Shown: piece after piece, positions 24,349-37,071 of the stretch
Layout: the number at the start of each line of letters is the position of its first letter
Numbering within the stretch: position 1 is the stretch's first letter
Assembly: GCA_001600695.1 (NCBI GenBank)
Contig: BCKQ01000001.1
Coordinates: 847,014-911,013, forward strand
DNA length: 64,000 nucleotides
Direction: 5' to 3'
Source of the DNA: Ascoidea asiatica JCM 7603
Lineage: Eukaryota > Fungi > Ascomycota
The notes under the pieces: model-generated
Database searches by the model: none
What the model was told of the DNA's origin: nothing
What the model saw: the letters and a program-made list of their open reading frames with translations, nothing else
Position numbers and translations under genes: made by a program

Positions 24349-24921
24349 GATTAAATATATTAAATCTTTAGCTCTTCTAAAATTAGATCACCTACCTTTT
24401 AAAAATAATAAGTTGAATATAATAATATTTTATGAAAATGGATTTTTTAGACTATTTGCTTGTGCAGAGGAAAGTTTTGCATTTAGTTCAGGACAGCAAT
24501 TGCAGCCATGGGAAACACTGGAAGCTCTCCTTGTTTTTTATTTTATTAATTTATTATTCATGCGCCTTCTTTCAGGGGTCTCAGCACAGCCACAAATTAA
24601 AAGCCAGCGCAAAAACAACGCGAAAACTACGCCATTTGTGTTTGGGTGCATATTCAGTCATGCTGCGTAAGTTTCAGTCCACTCATAAAATATGTCGTAT
24701 TGAACTAGATCTTGATTTAGATCTAATCTCAATTTGAAAAAAAAAAAAATGTATATCATAATCTGAAAAATAAGTGAATGAGAATAATTAAAACAGAATT
24801 ATGTTTAGTAAAAAGACTAAAAATACAATTGTCAGAAGTAAGAAAAATTAAATTGTGTTAAATATATTATCATTTGTACTTTCACTTAAGTTTCTTTCTT
24901 TGAATTATGTGTTTTTTTTTT

Positions 24922-27398
24922 TTAACCTCCAAAAATATCAACTTTTAGAGACTTTAATACATTTCTCCATTGATAATCATGTTCATTCATTCCAGCTCCT
25001 CTTCTTCTCCATATCTCCTTAAGTAATAAAATAATTTTATTCACTGTAGGTATTTCAATTATAATATAATTTCTATTATTATCACTGAAATCATTATAAA
25101 GATCATCATAAATATTATTTTTATGATTATTTGCAATAATATTATCATTATTATTTAAACCATTATTATCAAAATTACAAAATATTTTAAATTCTTTTAT
25201 TTTATTTAAAAAATTCATAATTATAAATTGTGAATCAAATTCAACTGCTTCTGATCCAATTATTAAAATTGGCCAAATTAATCCAAGTAACTTTTCTTGA
25301 CTTTTATTATTAATAATATTATCGTTTTCATTGAATTCATTAATAAGGTAATTCAAATGTTCTAAACATTGATCTACCATAATCTTTATGGAATTTTTAT
25401 TATGTTTTCCATTATAAAATTCTCTTAAAAAGAATATGTAAATTGATGAATAAAATACATAAGATTTATGATATAAATAATTTTTTTCTTCAACATTTAT
25501 TAAAAATAGATAATCTGTAACTTTGGCACTATTATTACCATTTCTTTTATAATATGAGTTTAACCCTTCTAGAAATTTACTTCTATCAATTAATAAATCA
25601 TTTTTATCATATTTAGTTATTGTACTTGCTGCACTATTATTTCTACTACTTTCATTTGAACTTGATCCTAAATTTAAATTAGATTTAGAATTAGATTTAG
25701 AATTAGAATTAGAATTAGAATTAAAATGAGAATTGATGAATTGATTAGTATTATTATTTTGATTTTTATCTATTCCTTTATCCTTGGATTTATCTTCTTC
25801 TTTTATTTTATCCCTATCTATATCTTTAAGTCGGTCTTTATGTTTATCTCTTAATAAAAAAAATAATATTAAATGATATTCTGACCATAAAAAATTTTCA
25901 ACTTCAAATGATTTAAATCTAACATTGAATGAGTTTAAATTTGAACTATTATTTATATTTTCTTTTTCTTTATTATTCTTATCAATTTCTAAACTTGTTG
26001 TTATTAATATAATAAAATTATATAAAGAATGTTTACTTATTCCACTTTCCTGTAAATCTTCATCTTCATTTTCATTCGCAATTTCAATTTCAATTTCAAT
26101 TTCGTTTTCAGTATTATTATTATTAGAATTTTCATTAATTGATTCCTCTTCATTACTTGATTCATTTGAATCACTCAAATCATTATCCAGATTTTCTTGA
26201 CTTTCCAGTTCATTTTCACTTAATTCATTTGACAGATTATTTTTATTAAAATTAAGTTTATTAGACTTTAAAATATCAAAATCTTTTATATCATTATTTA
26301 AGAATGTGTTATTGAAAATATTGTCATTAAATAATTTTTTTCTTAAATTTTTACATTTTTTCTCCTTTTGTTCATTATATGTGTTTATAATATCACTTTT
26401 ATTATTATCAATATTATTATCATTGTTATTATTTTCATTATTAGTACTATTCATCATAAAATTTATATCATTTAAAAATTCAATATCATTTGAACTTAAT
26501 AGATTATGATTTAAAGATAAACAAACAGTTAAAAGGTATGAAGAAAATCTGAATAAATAAGAATTATTTCTTAAATCTAATTTAATTAATAATTTTATAA
26601 TTATTCTTACATGATTCATCCAATTATCATTAATATTCATATTATTATTTTTATAAGGTAAAATAATTCTATCAGAAATCAAAAACATTAAAGCAATTAT
26701 TAAAGATTCTTTAATTTTAAGTTTTGAATTTAAATTTGAACTTAAATTTGAATTTGAATTTGAATTTGAATTAGACTGATTGATTCCATTATTAATAATA
26801 TTATTAGTTGTATTTAAGAGATCATTAAAAGATTTAATTCTTGAATTTATTGATAATAATTTAAATTTAATGAAAAAATGATTATAATTTTTAAAAGAAT
26901 AATTTTTTTCATAAAATTTTGATAAAAATAAAGAAGAAATTGATAAAATTGAATTAAATAGAATTGAATTATTATTTAAATTATTATTATCCAATTTATT
27001 ATTATTATTATTATTATAATTCGATGAAATTAAAGATTTTATAATTTTATCAAATTTTGAAGGGAAAAGTATTGGAGAAATGAAATTTAGGAAATAATTT
27101 AAATTTATATTTATATTTGTATTTGAATTATTTGAATGAATTTTATTTCTATTTATATTTGAATTGAAATTTGAATTGAAATTTGAATTAAAACTTGAAT
27201 TTAATAAGTTTTTAATTTTCAATTTTTCATTTAATTTATTATTTAAAGTTGTATTTATATTTGAAATTTCATTAAAATTTTGAAATTGATTAAAATTTGA
27301 AAATTGATTAAAATTTGAAATTATATTTGAGTTATTTGATTGTAATTTTAATCTTTTATTTGTATTAATAATATTTTTTTTAAATATTTTATTATTAA

Positions 27399-27441
<43 letters not shown>

Positions 27442-28101
27442 AAGAAAAGTGAAAACAGTGAATGGTTTTTTAATAATTTGATTATTTTTTAATAATTTTA
27501 AATTATTTAAATTATAAGTATCTAAAAGTTCTAATAATTTATCAATTTCATTTTCATTATTGTTATTGTTATTGTTATTGTTATTGTTATTGTTATTGTT
27601 ATTGTTATTGTTATTGTTATTGTTATTGTTATTGTTATTGTTATTGTTATTGTTATTGTTATTGTTATTAATATTATTATTGTTGTTGTTATTGATATTA
27701 TTATTATTATAAAAATTCATATAATTAAATTTAGTAAAATCATATAAAATAAATCTTCTTAAATTATCAGAATTTTTATGATTCCAACATAATCTAATTG
27801 TATAACCTTCACATTTTAAACCAGATTCTATACATTTTTTACAAAATGGTTTAAATTCATCACATTTTATACCTCTTTCTCTACAAGTCCAACAACCTGA
27901 ATATGTTTTTGTCTTTTTTTTTTTAATTTTTAATGGTTTTATTGATTTTATAGGATTTATAGGATTTATAGGATTTATAGGTCTTATAGGTCTTATAGGT
28001 CTCAAAGGTTTTGAAATTTTATTTTTATTATTTGTAATATTTGAATTATTTGAATTATTAAATATGATTGAATCTGAAGGTTTTAATATTCGATTTGACA
28101 T
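24922..28101 (-). CDS. Zn(II)2Cys6 transcription factor, Arg81/Thi2-like
   Basis: KTYSGCWTCRERGIKCDEFKPFCKKCIESGLKCEGYTIRLCW, plus a C-terminal fungal TF domain (WP.LI.G.EA ... EIWRRR ... WR.VL). Confidence 0.88.
27556..27669. repeat. (TTATTG)n hexanucleotide microsatellite encoding poly-Asn
   Basis: Long, pure alternating AAT/AAC codon run inside the Zn-cluster gene. Confidence 0.9.
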
Positions 28102-29088
28102 TTTATTTTTTTATTAAATAATTAATTATGAAATGATATTTTAATATTACAAATGTAAATATCTAATTATGTTATTGAATGATAATAATAATAATAATAA
28201 CAATAATGGTATGATTTCATATTTCTTAAAAATGGATTCCAAAGTAAGAAATGAAGAAATATAGAATTAAAAATGAATTAAAAATGAATTAGAATTGAAA
28301 TTGATAGGAAATTGAATTAAAATCGAATAAAAAAAAATATATATATATTTTGAGTATTATTTTCACTTATCTTATTATTTTTATTGTCTTAGAAATTTAA
28401 ATAGCAGTAGTCATACAGTATATCCGTAGAGCAAGGAGAATATTGAATAGTTGTTCTAGAATGTTGTGAGAAAAGCATTGAAAGCAATAACTTGTTGATG
28501 TTGAATATCTTTTGGTGATGATGGTTCTTTTGTTTCTGATGGATGTTTTCAATTCATTTGATTCTCTTGATTCATTTGGTTCATTTGCTTCATTTGATTT
28601 AGTTTCTTCACCTTCTTTTGAATTCATTCACTTTCAACTCCATTTCTGGTTCTGGATTCGTTGCTGGAACTGATTCTGATTCATTTCCATTTTCGACAGC
28701 ACTCGTTTTTTGGACCGAAGCAGTAAAAACTGCCACACGCGTGTGGCGGCAGGCGGCAAAAGCTGGGCGCAGGGGTGCAGGGTCCGGCGCTAGAAAGACT
28801 AGAGGTTTCTTGATTATGTAACAGCACGTGCCGAGTTGAGTATTTCAGCTCCTGTTTCTGGTTTTTTCTGTTTTTTTCTGGGTTTTGCTTGGCGCTCTTA
28901 TCGCTCGGTGGGTTTCGAGGTCTATTTCCGACTGTGGCTGAGCAGCGCAATAGTTGCCTAAAATAGACGAGAAGAGACGAGAAGCAAAAGAAGCAAAAGA
29001 AGCTGTAAAAGAATCATGGAATTAAATCAGATTTTTTAAATAGAGTCAGTCGTGAGTTTGTTATTTCACTTTTATTCAAGATCATCGT

Positions 29089-30126
29089 TTAAATGGCAGG
29101 ATCATTAGAAAAGAGAAAGTCACCAAAGATGTCTGTTCTTCGATGATTCCATAATGGCATATCTCTTCGAATCTTTTCCAACACTTTCAAATCAATATCT
29201 GCAATACAAAGATCAGGTTCCTCATTATCATAATTCACATCTGAACATTCACTTAAAATTGTTCCCCATGGATCAATAATACATGCATGTCCATAACTCA
29301 TTCTAGTTACTTTTTTAGTATTTTCATCTTCTTTAATTTTAACAACTTTAACATCTCCATTTTCATCATCTTCAATATCTTCAATATTAACATTATGAAC
29401 TCCTTTTTGTGCAGCCATAATTACAAAACATTGAGTATCTATAGCTCTTGATCTACCTAATAATTTCCAATGTGCAGATCCAGTTTTAACTGTAAATGCT
29501 GATGGATATGTTAAAATTTCTGCTCCTAATGATCTTAATTTCATTGATAATTCTGGAAATCTAATATCATAACAAATTCCTAATCCTAAATTTCCTGCAA
29601 TTGTTTTAAAAGGTTTATTTATTAAATTTCCATTTTCAACTGAATTACTTTCTTTTAAAATTGGTCCATTTTTAATATTAACATCAAATAAATGAATTTT
29701 ATCATATCTTGAAATAATTTCTCCATTTTCATTAATATAAATTAATGTATTTTTAACTTTACATTTATTAATTTCATTAAAATTATCATTCATTTTATCA
29801 TTCATTTTACCATTTTTTAATTTTTCTTTTTCTTTTTGTAAAAAATCATTTGGTTCATGAATTCCAACACAAACATTAAGAAATTTACCATTTAATTTTA
29901 ATCTTTTAATTTCATTTTGAATACCTTTAACAAATAATGAATCTTCAATAGTACGTGAGATTTTAAAACTTTGTTTAAAATTACTTGATATATAATCTGA
30001 AGCTTCTGGTAAAAATAAAATTTTAACATTTTGTTTAATTGCTTTATTCATTAATTTTAAAACATATTTTAAATTTGTTGATAATGATGATGTTGAAGAT
30101 AATTGTCCTGCTCCAACCAATACCAT
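29089..30126 (-). CDS. NIT2: Nitrilase-superfamily deaminated-glutathione amidase (Nit1/Nit2 type)
   Basis: LFLPEASDYI, YDKIHLFDV, GPILKES, ICYDIRFPE, PSAFTVKTGSAHW; E-K-C catalytic triad. Confidence 0.92.
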   Translation of the reverse strand: MVLVGAGQLSSTSSLSTNLKYVLKLMNKAIKQNVKILFLPEASDYISSNFKQSFKISRTIEDSLFVKGIQNEIKRLKLNGKFLNVCVGIHEPNDFLQKEKEKLKNGKMNDKMNDNFNEINKCKVKNTLIYINENGEIISRYDKIHLFDVNIKNGPILKESNSVENGNLINKPFKTIAGNLGLGICYDIRFPELSMKLRSLGAEILTYPSAFTVKTGSAHWKLLGRSRAIDTQCFVIMAAQKGVHNVNIEDIEDDENGDVKVVKIKEDENTKKVTRMSYGHACIIDPWGTILSECSDVNYDNEEPDLCIADIDLKVLEKIRRDMPLWNHRRTDIFGDFLFSNDPAI

Positions 30127-30436
30127 TTTTAATCTACTACTCTCTCTCTTTCTCTCTCTTATCGATTATCGATTAAGTATATATTCAATAATCTTTTTTG
30201 TATTAATATTTTGAGATTTATATGAATATATTTTGAAATATTAGTGAAGTTTTACAAACTCAGATAAGTACTACCGATAATAATCTACTGAAATTAATTA
30301 ACTACGAGAATCTCCGATCGGATTAAATCCGTTTATTACATAATTACGAAATTAATATGTTTTTATTTTTGATAAAAAAAAAATCTATAATTTTTTAAAT
30401 TTTTAACTAGTTTTAAAAAAAAAAAAAAATTTTAAT

Positions 30437-31046
30437 CTATAAAATTGGAAGATAACTTCCAACAATCATCATCGGTATACCAAATACATCTCTTTTTAAA
30501 GTCCAAATACATGTAGTATTAATTTTTTTATTTTTTGAAGTAATTAATGTACAACCAGTCATTGTTGCACCTCTAAAATCACCATATGCAATTTTTGAAA
30601 ATAATTCAAAATATTCAATAACACTTAAATCATCCATTAATTCAACAATAAATGTACCTTTACCTAATAATTTATCTCTTGTCCATCCAGTTAAAATTAT
30701 AAATTCTTCACTTACATAACAAATTTGTCCAGTTCTTCTCCAAACAATTGTTGGAGTACCAGAAATTGAAATAAATTTATCATATTCTAATAAAGTTCTT
30801 TGAAAACATTGTTCCATGAAAATAAAATCATCTTCTTTTAAAGTTATTGTACAAGCAATAAATGATGGTCTATATTCAGTCATTGATTTTGCCATTTTTA
30901 CAAGTTGTTCTTTATTAAATCTTTTTCTAAGATATTTTATTAATAAATGATAACCAATTTTATAACCAAATGGAGTTTTAACATTTGAATAAATTTCTTC
31001 AGGTTCTTTAAATTTTAAACCCCAATAATCAATTTTTTCATTATCA

Positions 31047-31084
<38 letters not shown>

Positions 31085-31688
31085 ATTATTTTTATTTGAA
31101 AGATCTGAATTTAAATTTAAATTTGAATTTGATCTATTAAAAGTACTATTAAGTTTATTATTATTACTATTAATATTACTATTAAATATAAAAGAATTAT
31201 CATTATTATTAACACCAATTGAAAATGAAATTTGAGATTTTAAACCAGAATCATTTGTATGTAAAATATTTGGATTTAATTTTTTCTTTTTTTCAATAAT
31301 TTCAATAACATCAGGATATGTCATAATTGATTTACCTTCTGGTAAACCAGGTAATGGACCTAAGAAATATTGATTTATAGAAGGATCACAATTTGGATAT
31401 AAATTATAAATATCATTTCTATTTGAATGATTTTTATTTGAATTATTTCTAATTTTCTTAATTTTCTTTGTCTTATTATTGTTATTAGTATTAGAATTGT
31501 TGTTGTTATTATAGGGAGAAGGTGTTGAACTTGGATTACTTATAGTTTGATTTGAATTTTGAATAAGATTATGAGAATGATTAAGATTACTACTTTTATT
31601 ATTATTTATATTATTTATGTTATTTATATTATTAATATTATGATGAGGATATGAAGATTTATGATGATAAAAAGCATTATATAAAGAA

Positions 31689-31727
<39 letters not shown>

Positions 31728-32879
31728 GAAATAGTTGGATTAGTTGTAGAATCATTTGATAATATAAAACTTTCAGATTCAGACATTGAAATTGATGGAC
31801 TTAAAATATCATTTGAATTATTTGGATATTCTTTAATAATTTGAGATAATATTGAATATTCTAAATTAGCAGTATTTGATAAGAATTTAGAAGAATTTGA
31901 ATGTGAAGAATTTGTAGAATTTTGTTTCACAATTTGAATTTCATTATTGTTATTGTTATTTTTATTGTTGTTGTTATTTATTGAAGGTATTAGTTGTGGA
32001 GAGTTATGTGGAGGTCTTGGAGATATTATTAAATTTGAAATTGAATTTCTATTTGAAAATTTATTATTTTTATTATTATTATTACTTTTGTTAATAATTT
32101 GATTTGGAGAATTATCAGATATTGAACTTGAATTATTTGGACTATTTAAGTTATTTAAATTATTTAAATTATTTAAGTTATTTTGATGTAAAGATTGATT
32201 ATTTAATATCAATGGCGGTTGATGTAATATGATATTATTATTAATATTATTAGTATTGGCGCTACTTATATTATTATTATTATTATAATTTAAGTAATTA
32301 TTATAATTTAAATCATAAATATTTGAATTTAAATTTGAATTTAAATTTGAATTAATTGAATTAATTGAATTAATTGTTGAAGATAATGGAGGTTTTGTTA
32401 ATTCATCAGGTACATCCATTAAATATTTTTTTTTTTTTCTTGGAGCATCTTTACAAGTTAATTGTAAATTTTTTGAAATACATCTTTTACATGGTCTTTG
32501 ATTATCACAAGTCATATGAGATTTATGACAATGATTACAAGCTCTTGCAGTTTTTTTTCTAATTTTCTTAGTTAATTTTTTATTATTTAAATTATTTATA
32601 TTATTTATGGTATTTTTTAAATTTGAAGTTGAAGAATCAGAAGTTGAAGATTGAGTAATTTGATTAAGTTGATTTAGTTGATTAAGTTGATTGAGTTGAT
32701 TGAATTGGTTAATTTGATTAGATTGATTTTGTTGATTTTGTTGATTAGGAATAGATTGATTAGATTGATTAGATTGATTAGATTGATGATGAAATGAATT
32801 ATATAAAAACTTTTGAGATTGATTAATGTTATTATTATTATTTATTGGATCATTTTCTATTACTTTTCCATTATTATTA

Positions 32880-32923
<44 letters not shown>

Positions 32924-33052
32924 TAATATCGGCATCATATTATCATTATTAAAACTATTAATATTACTTATATTACTTATATTACTTATATTATTAGTAT
33001 TATTATTAGTATTAGTATTATTTGAATTTAAATCTTTTTTAGAAAGATTCAT
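30437..33052 (-). CDS. ERT1: Zn cluster + PAS gluconeogenesis regulator Ert1/AcuK
   Basis: RKKTARACNHCHKSHMTCD..RPC.RC...CKDAPRKKKKYL; C-terminal RPSFIA...EDDFIFMEQCFQRTLLEY...GTPT.VWRRTGQI...KRDVFGIPMMIVG. Confidence 0.9.
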
Positions 33053-33775
33053 TTTTAATTATATTAAATAATAAAGTATATAAAGTATATAAATGAATAT
33101 AACATAGAATGGCTGAATAATATAGTAATTAATAATGATTTTTTTACAAATGAGAAAATTATAATATTTTTTAAAGGATATATAATAAAATGTAAAGTGA
33201 TATAATAAGATGTGAGATAATATGATATAATATGGTAATATGATATAAAGATTTACAAAATTTATGAATTTGAATGTATTTATTTGGATGTAAATATTGG
33301 GGTAAAGTAGAAATAATAGAAATATTAGAAATAATAGAAATAGAAGTGGAAATAGAAATGAAGAAGCATAAAAAAGGGAGAATGAAAATTAATACCCTTA
33401 TGATAAATTCTGAAAAGATGTATGATTGAAGAGTATTATTATTTTATTTACAAATAGTAATCCATGAGTAGTAATAGAAGTAGTTTGATAATATGATTAG
33501 ATGTATATTTGATATTCAATAGGTATATTTTGCATTCGTTTATTCATTTACTGCTTTTATTACTGCTTTTATTACTACTATTACTACTATTACTATTATT
33601 ATTATTATATTGGTGTGTTCTGGTTGAGTGTGCACGGCAGCGAGATCTGAATTGGAGGAAGCCCTACGGAGATAGCAACAGAAGTAGTAGCACTGGTAGT
33701 AGCACTGGTAGTAGTACTGGTAGTAGCACTTCAGCAGTTTACTCTCTGTCTGCTTCTGAATCTTCTCTTGCTTCC

Positions 33776-33906
33776 GGTGGCAAACTCACTCGCTGACCAT
33801 CTTCATCATCTTCTTCACCACAAACACCACAAACACCATCACTACTATCACTACTATCACTTCTATTTCCTCTATTTAAAACCAAGACATCTGAGTCACT
33901 GAGTCA
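33776..33906. promoter_or_regulatory. Rpn4-type PACE (GGTGGCAAA, 33776) and tandem Gcn4/AP-1 sites (TGAGTCA, 33892 and 33900) upstream of ERT1
   Basis: Exact consensus matches. A Mig1-like GCGGGG lies at 34233. Confidence 0.5.
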
Positions 33907-34380
33907 TTGCTTTGTTGAAATATTAATACCGAATTAAACCATTTATAATCTACTTCTTTCTTTTCAGATCGACTTTAAGACATTTACACTGATTCCAAGA
34001 AATACAAGAAATACAAGAAATCCAATGAATCTAAGACTTGGGGTTAAATCTCAAAGCCCACTTTAATTCAATATTCATTCAATCAAATTCTTTCTTATTC
34101 ATTCTTCTTTATCTTCTTCTTCTTCTTTTTATTCTTAATAATAATTTTGTTCTCGTGTGACTTGTTCTACAGCGGGATTTTAATTACTTCTATTACAGTA
34201 ATAAATAAACCTAATGATATTTCTTACGATTTGCGGGGCCAATATAATAAATAATTTAAATTATTTTATCAACTACTATACCATAAATCAGTACTTTGTA
34301 GTTATTTATATATAATAAATAAAATAAATGTTAATAAATAAAATAAATAAAGAAATAATAATAATATTTTTAATATCAAT

Positions 34381-35520
34381 TTAACGAACAACTGCTCCAA
34401 CTAATGTTGAAACTTTACAAACTTCTCCATTTTCATTAACTAATTTAAATGATTTTTTATTTTCTTCATCTTTAAAAATTACATTAAATTTATCATCTGT
34501 ACTAAAAAATGGTTGTAAAGTTTCCCAAATTTTTTTTTTTGGATTTAAAATTTTTTCAGGTTCACCATTAAATCCTTCAAAATAAATTTTATCACCTGCT
34601 TTTGATCCAATTGGTGGTAAAACAAATTCAACTTTATCATGTTCATTATCACTACCACATAATACCATTGCCATAGATTTTATACTTCTCATATTTACAG
34701 GTTTTAAATTTCCAATAACAATCACATATTTTTTTTGCATCTCTTCAATTGGTATATATTTAACTAATCCTGAACAAACTGTTCTTGGACCTTCTTTATC
34801 TCCCATATTAATTGTTGAAACATAAAGTGAATCTGCATTTGGATGTTTAATTGCTTTTTCAATAAATCCAACTCTAAAATCAATCATTGATGGATTTATT
34901 TTAATAACTTCTTTAATAACAACTTCTTTCTTTTTTTTTTCTTTTTTCTCTTTCTTCTTTCTTTCTTGTTTCTTATCTTTTCCTTCATCTTTATTCTCTT
35001 TTTTCTTCTCTTCTTTTACTACTTTTTCCACCTTCTCTTCTTTCTTATCATTCTTATCATTCTTATCATCTTTTTTTTCTTTAATTTTAATTTCTCTTGG
35101 TATTTCATTACATAAACTTAAATTAATTTTAATTTTTTCATCTTCTTTAATATCATTAAATTCACAATCTAAATTTTCAATTAAATTAATCCATCTTAAA
35201 ATATAACGAAATTTAATATAATATTCTAATTCATTTATTTTTTTTAAATTCTTAATTTCATTTAAAATATATAAATTTAAATATTTATAAATAATATAAT
35301 CAAATTTTAAATTTAAATTTAAATTGTTAAAATTATTATTTAAAATAAATGTATTCTTCTTTAACCAATTATTTAAATTTAAAATTATTTCTTCTTTATT
35401 ATTTTCATTCTCATTCTCATTCTCTTTAATTAATTTAATCCATTGATTCTTAATTGCTTTTTCTTCAATTGATAAATTTAAATCTAATTCTTCAAATTGA
35501 TTAATTAATTCACTTGACAT
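34381..35520 (-). CDS. ARC1: tRNA-aminoacylation cofactor Arc1
   Basis: GST-like N-terminus, Lys-rich linker and OB-fold IDFRVGFIEKAIKHPNADSLYVS..PRTVCSGLV..NLKPVNMR. Confidence 0.95.
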   Translation of the reverse strand: MSSELINQFEELDLNLSIEEKAIKNQWIKLIKENENENENNKEEIILNLNNWLKKNTFILNNNFNNLNLNLKFDYIIYKYLNLYILNEIKNLKKINELEYYIKFRYILRWINLIENLDCEFNDIKEDEKIKINLSLCNEIPREIKIKEKKDDKNDKNDKKEEKVEKVVKEEKKKENKDEGKDKKQERKKKEKKEKKKKEVVIKEVIKINPSMIDFRVGFIEKAIKHPNADSLYVSTINMGDKEGPRTVCSGLVKYIPIEEMQKKYVIVIGNLKPVNMRSIKSMAMVLCGSDNEHDKVEFVLPPIGSKAGDKIYFEGFNGEPEKILNPKKKIWETLQPFFSTDDKFNVIFKDEENKKSFKLVNENGEVCKVSTLVGAVVR

Positions 35521-36132
35521 CTTTATTTATATTATTATATTATTATATTATTATATTATTATCGATTTTAATTCTATTCTTTTAATAATTCAAAAGATTT
35601 AAAATTAAATATTTAAAATATGTACTCTTTTTTTTTTTTTTATATTTATTCTAAAGTATGAGTAATTTAAAATTTGAAAAATTTACAAATTTAACACTTC
35701 ATCAAGTCACATGTACTCTTTTAAATTATCTTTAATTATTAAGGTAATTTACTATTATATTTATTTGTTTTTTTTTATATTTAATAAAATATAAAATATA
35801 AAATAATACCATTATTAAAGGTATTTTATTAATTCTTCTATAAAATTCTTTAATTTTATTCATTTATTCATTTATGTATAAAATTTTATTTACTTACTGT
35901 ATATGAATTATGTTTAAATTCAAGATATAATTATAAAATGGGAATCAAAATGATATTAAAAGAAAGTTTTAAAAGAAAAATTGAAATAAAAAATTGAACA
36001 TACTATATATAAATAAACTAATAATTAAGCTAATAATTTGATTGATAAATAAATTGATAAATAAATAAATTGATTGATTGATAAAGAGTCTTGAATTTAA
36101 TTGATTAGAAATTGAATTAATGAATGAAATAA

Positions 36133-36642
36133 TCATTGAGCTAAGATACTTTTAACAAATTCAACATAATCAACATTACCATCTTTTGTTACATTAACAC
36201 CTTTTAATAATTCATCAACTTCAGAATCTGTTAATTTTTCACCAATTGATGTTAATATATAACGTAATTCTCCAACACCAATAAATCCACTCATATTTTT
36301 ATCAAAAACTTGAAAACCTCTAATATAATCTTCTGGTTCTCCTAAAGGTTTAAAACCATCTGGTCTATTTATAATTTTAACATATGTTTCAAAATCTAAT
36401 TCTCCTGGTAATTGCCTTTCTAATTCAGAAATTTCTGCTAATGTTGGATTTTGTCCAACTGCTCTTAATAAATCTCCTAAAGCTTCTGGTGGTACTCTAC
36501 CTGTACCTTTTTTATCAAATAATGAAAATGCATCTTTATAAGTTTTTGTATTTGAAGACTATATTTCGAATTAGTTAGTATTTTTGTAAATTAATTAATA
36601 AATTCTATATATATACATATTCATAAAACAGTAACATACCAT
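36133..36642 (-). CDS. MLC1: Myosin light chain Mlc1; exon 1 is the ATG only (36640-36642), exon 2 is 36133-36558, 142 aa
   Basis: Intron 36559-36639: GTATGT...TACTAAC...TAG. Product MSSNTKTYKDAFSLFDKKG...LGDLLRAVGQNPTLAEI...GFQVFDK...GELRYILTSIGEKLTDSEVDELLK. Not in the ORF track. Confidence 0.95.
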
Positions 36643-37071
36643 ATTGATTTAAATTGTGATTAATATTGTAAATTATAATTATAATAATGATAAATGATTT
36701 GAATTGAATATAAATTGAATTAAATATAATATAATAAGATCAAACAATAACTTCTTCATAAATTGTTTATTTCAATTTTGAATTGGAGTGTGTTGTGCTG
36801 TTAAAGTTACTGTTTCTGTTTACTTTTCGATCCAACTCTTTCCAAAAACGAAAACCATAACAAATGTCACGTGACACTTCACCTTGCACTGTTTCGGTAT
36901 TTAATGAAATTCATTACGACTCCATAACCAAAGAAAGATGTAACTTTAAATAAAGATGTAAAGAAAGAAGGAAAGAAGTCTATAATCATTAATATTTATT
37001 GTTGGGAATTTATTTATAAGAAAATAAAATATTATTCTATAGAGAAATTAATCTACTCTATAAATTGTATT

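Noticed and set aside
28397-28950. Short ORFs in GC-rich promoter islands (also 18728, 24347, 33509, 40808, 46108)
   Set aside because: Mostly non-ATG starts, atypical codon usage, no homology, and they coincide with regulatory motifs.
35706-36100. CDEI-like GTCACATG followed by AT-rich DNA (point centromere?)
   Set aside because: No CDEIII CCG core, and a complex I-containing yeast is not expected to have point centromeres.
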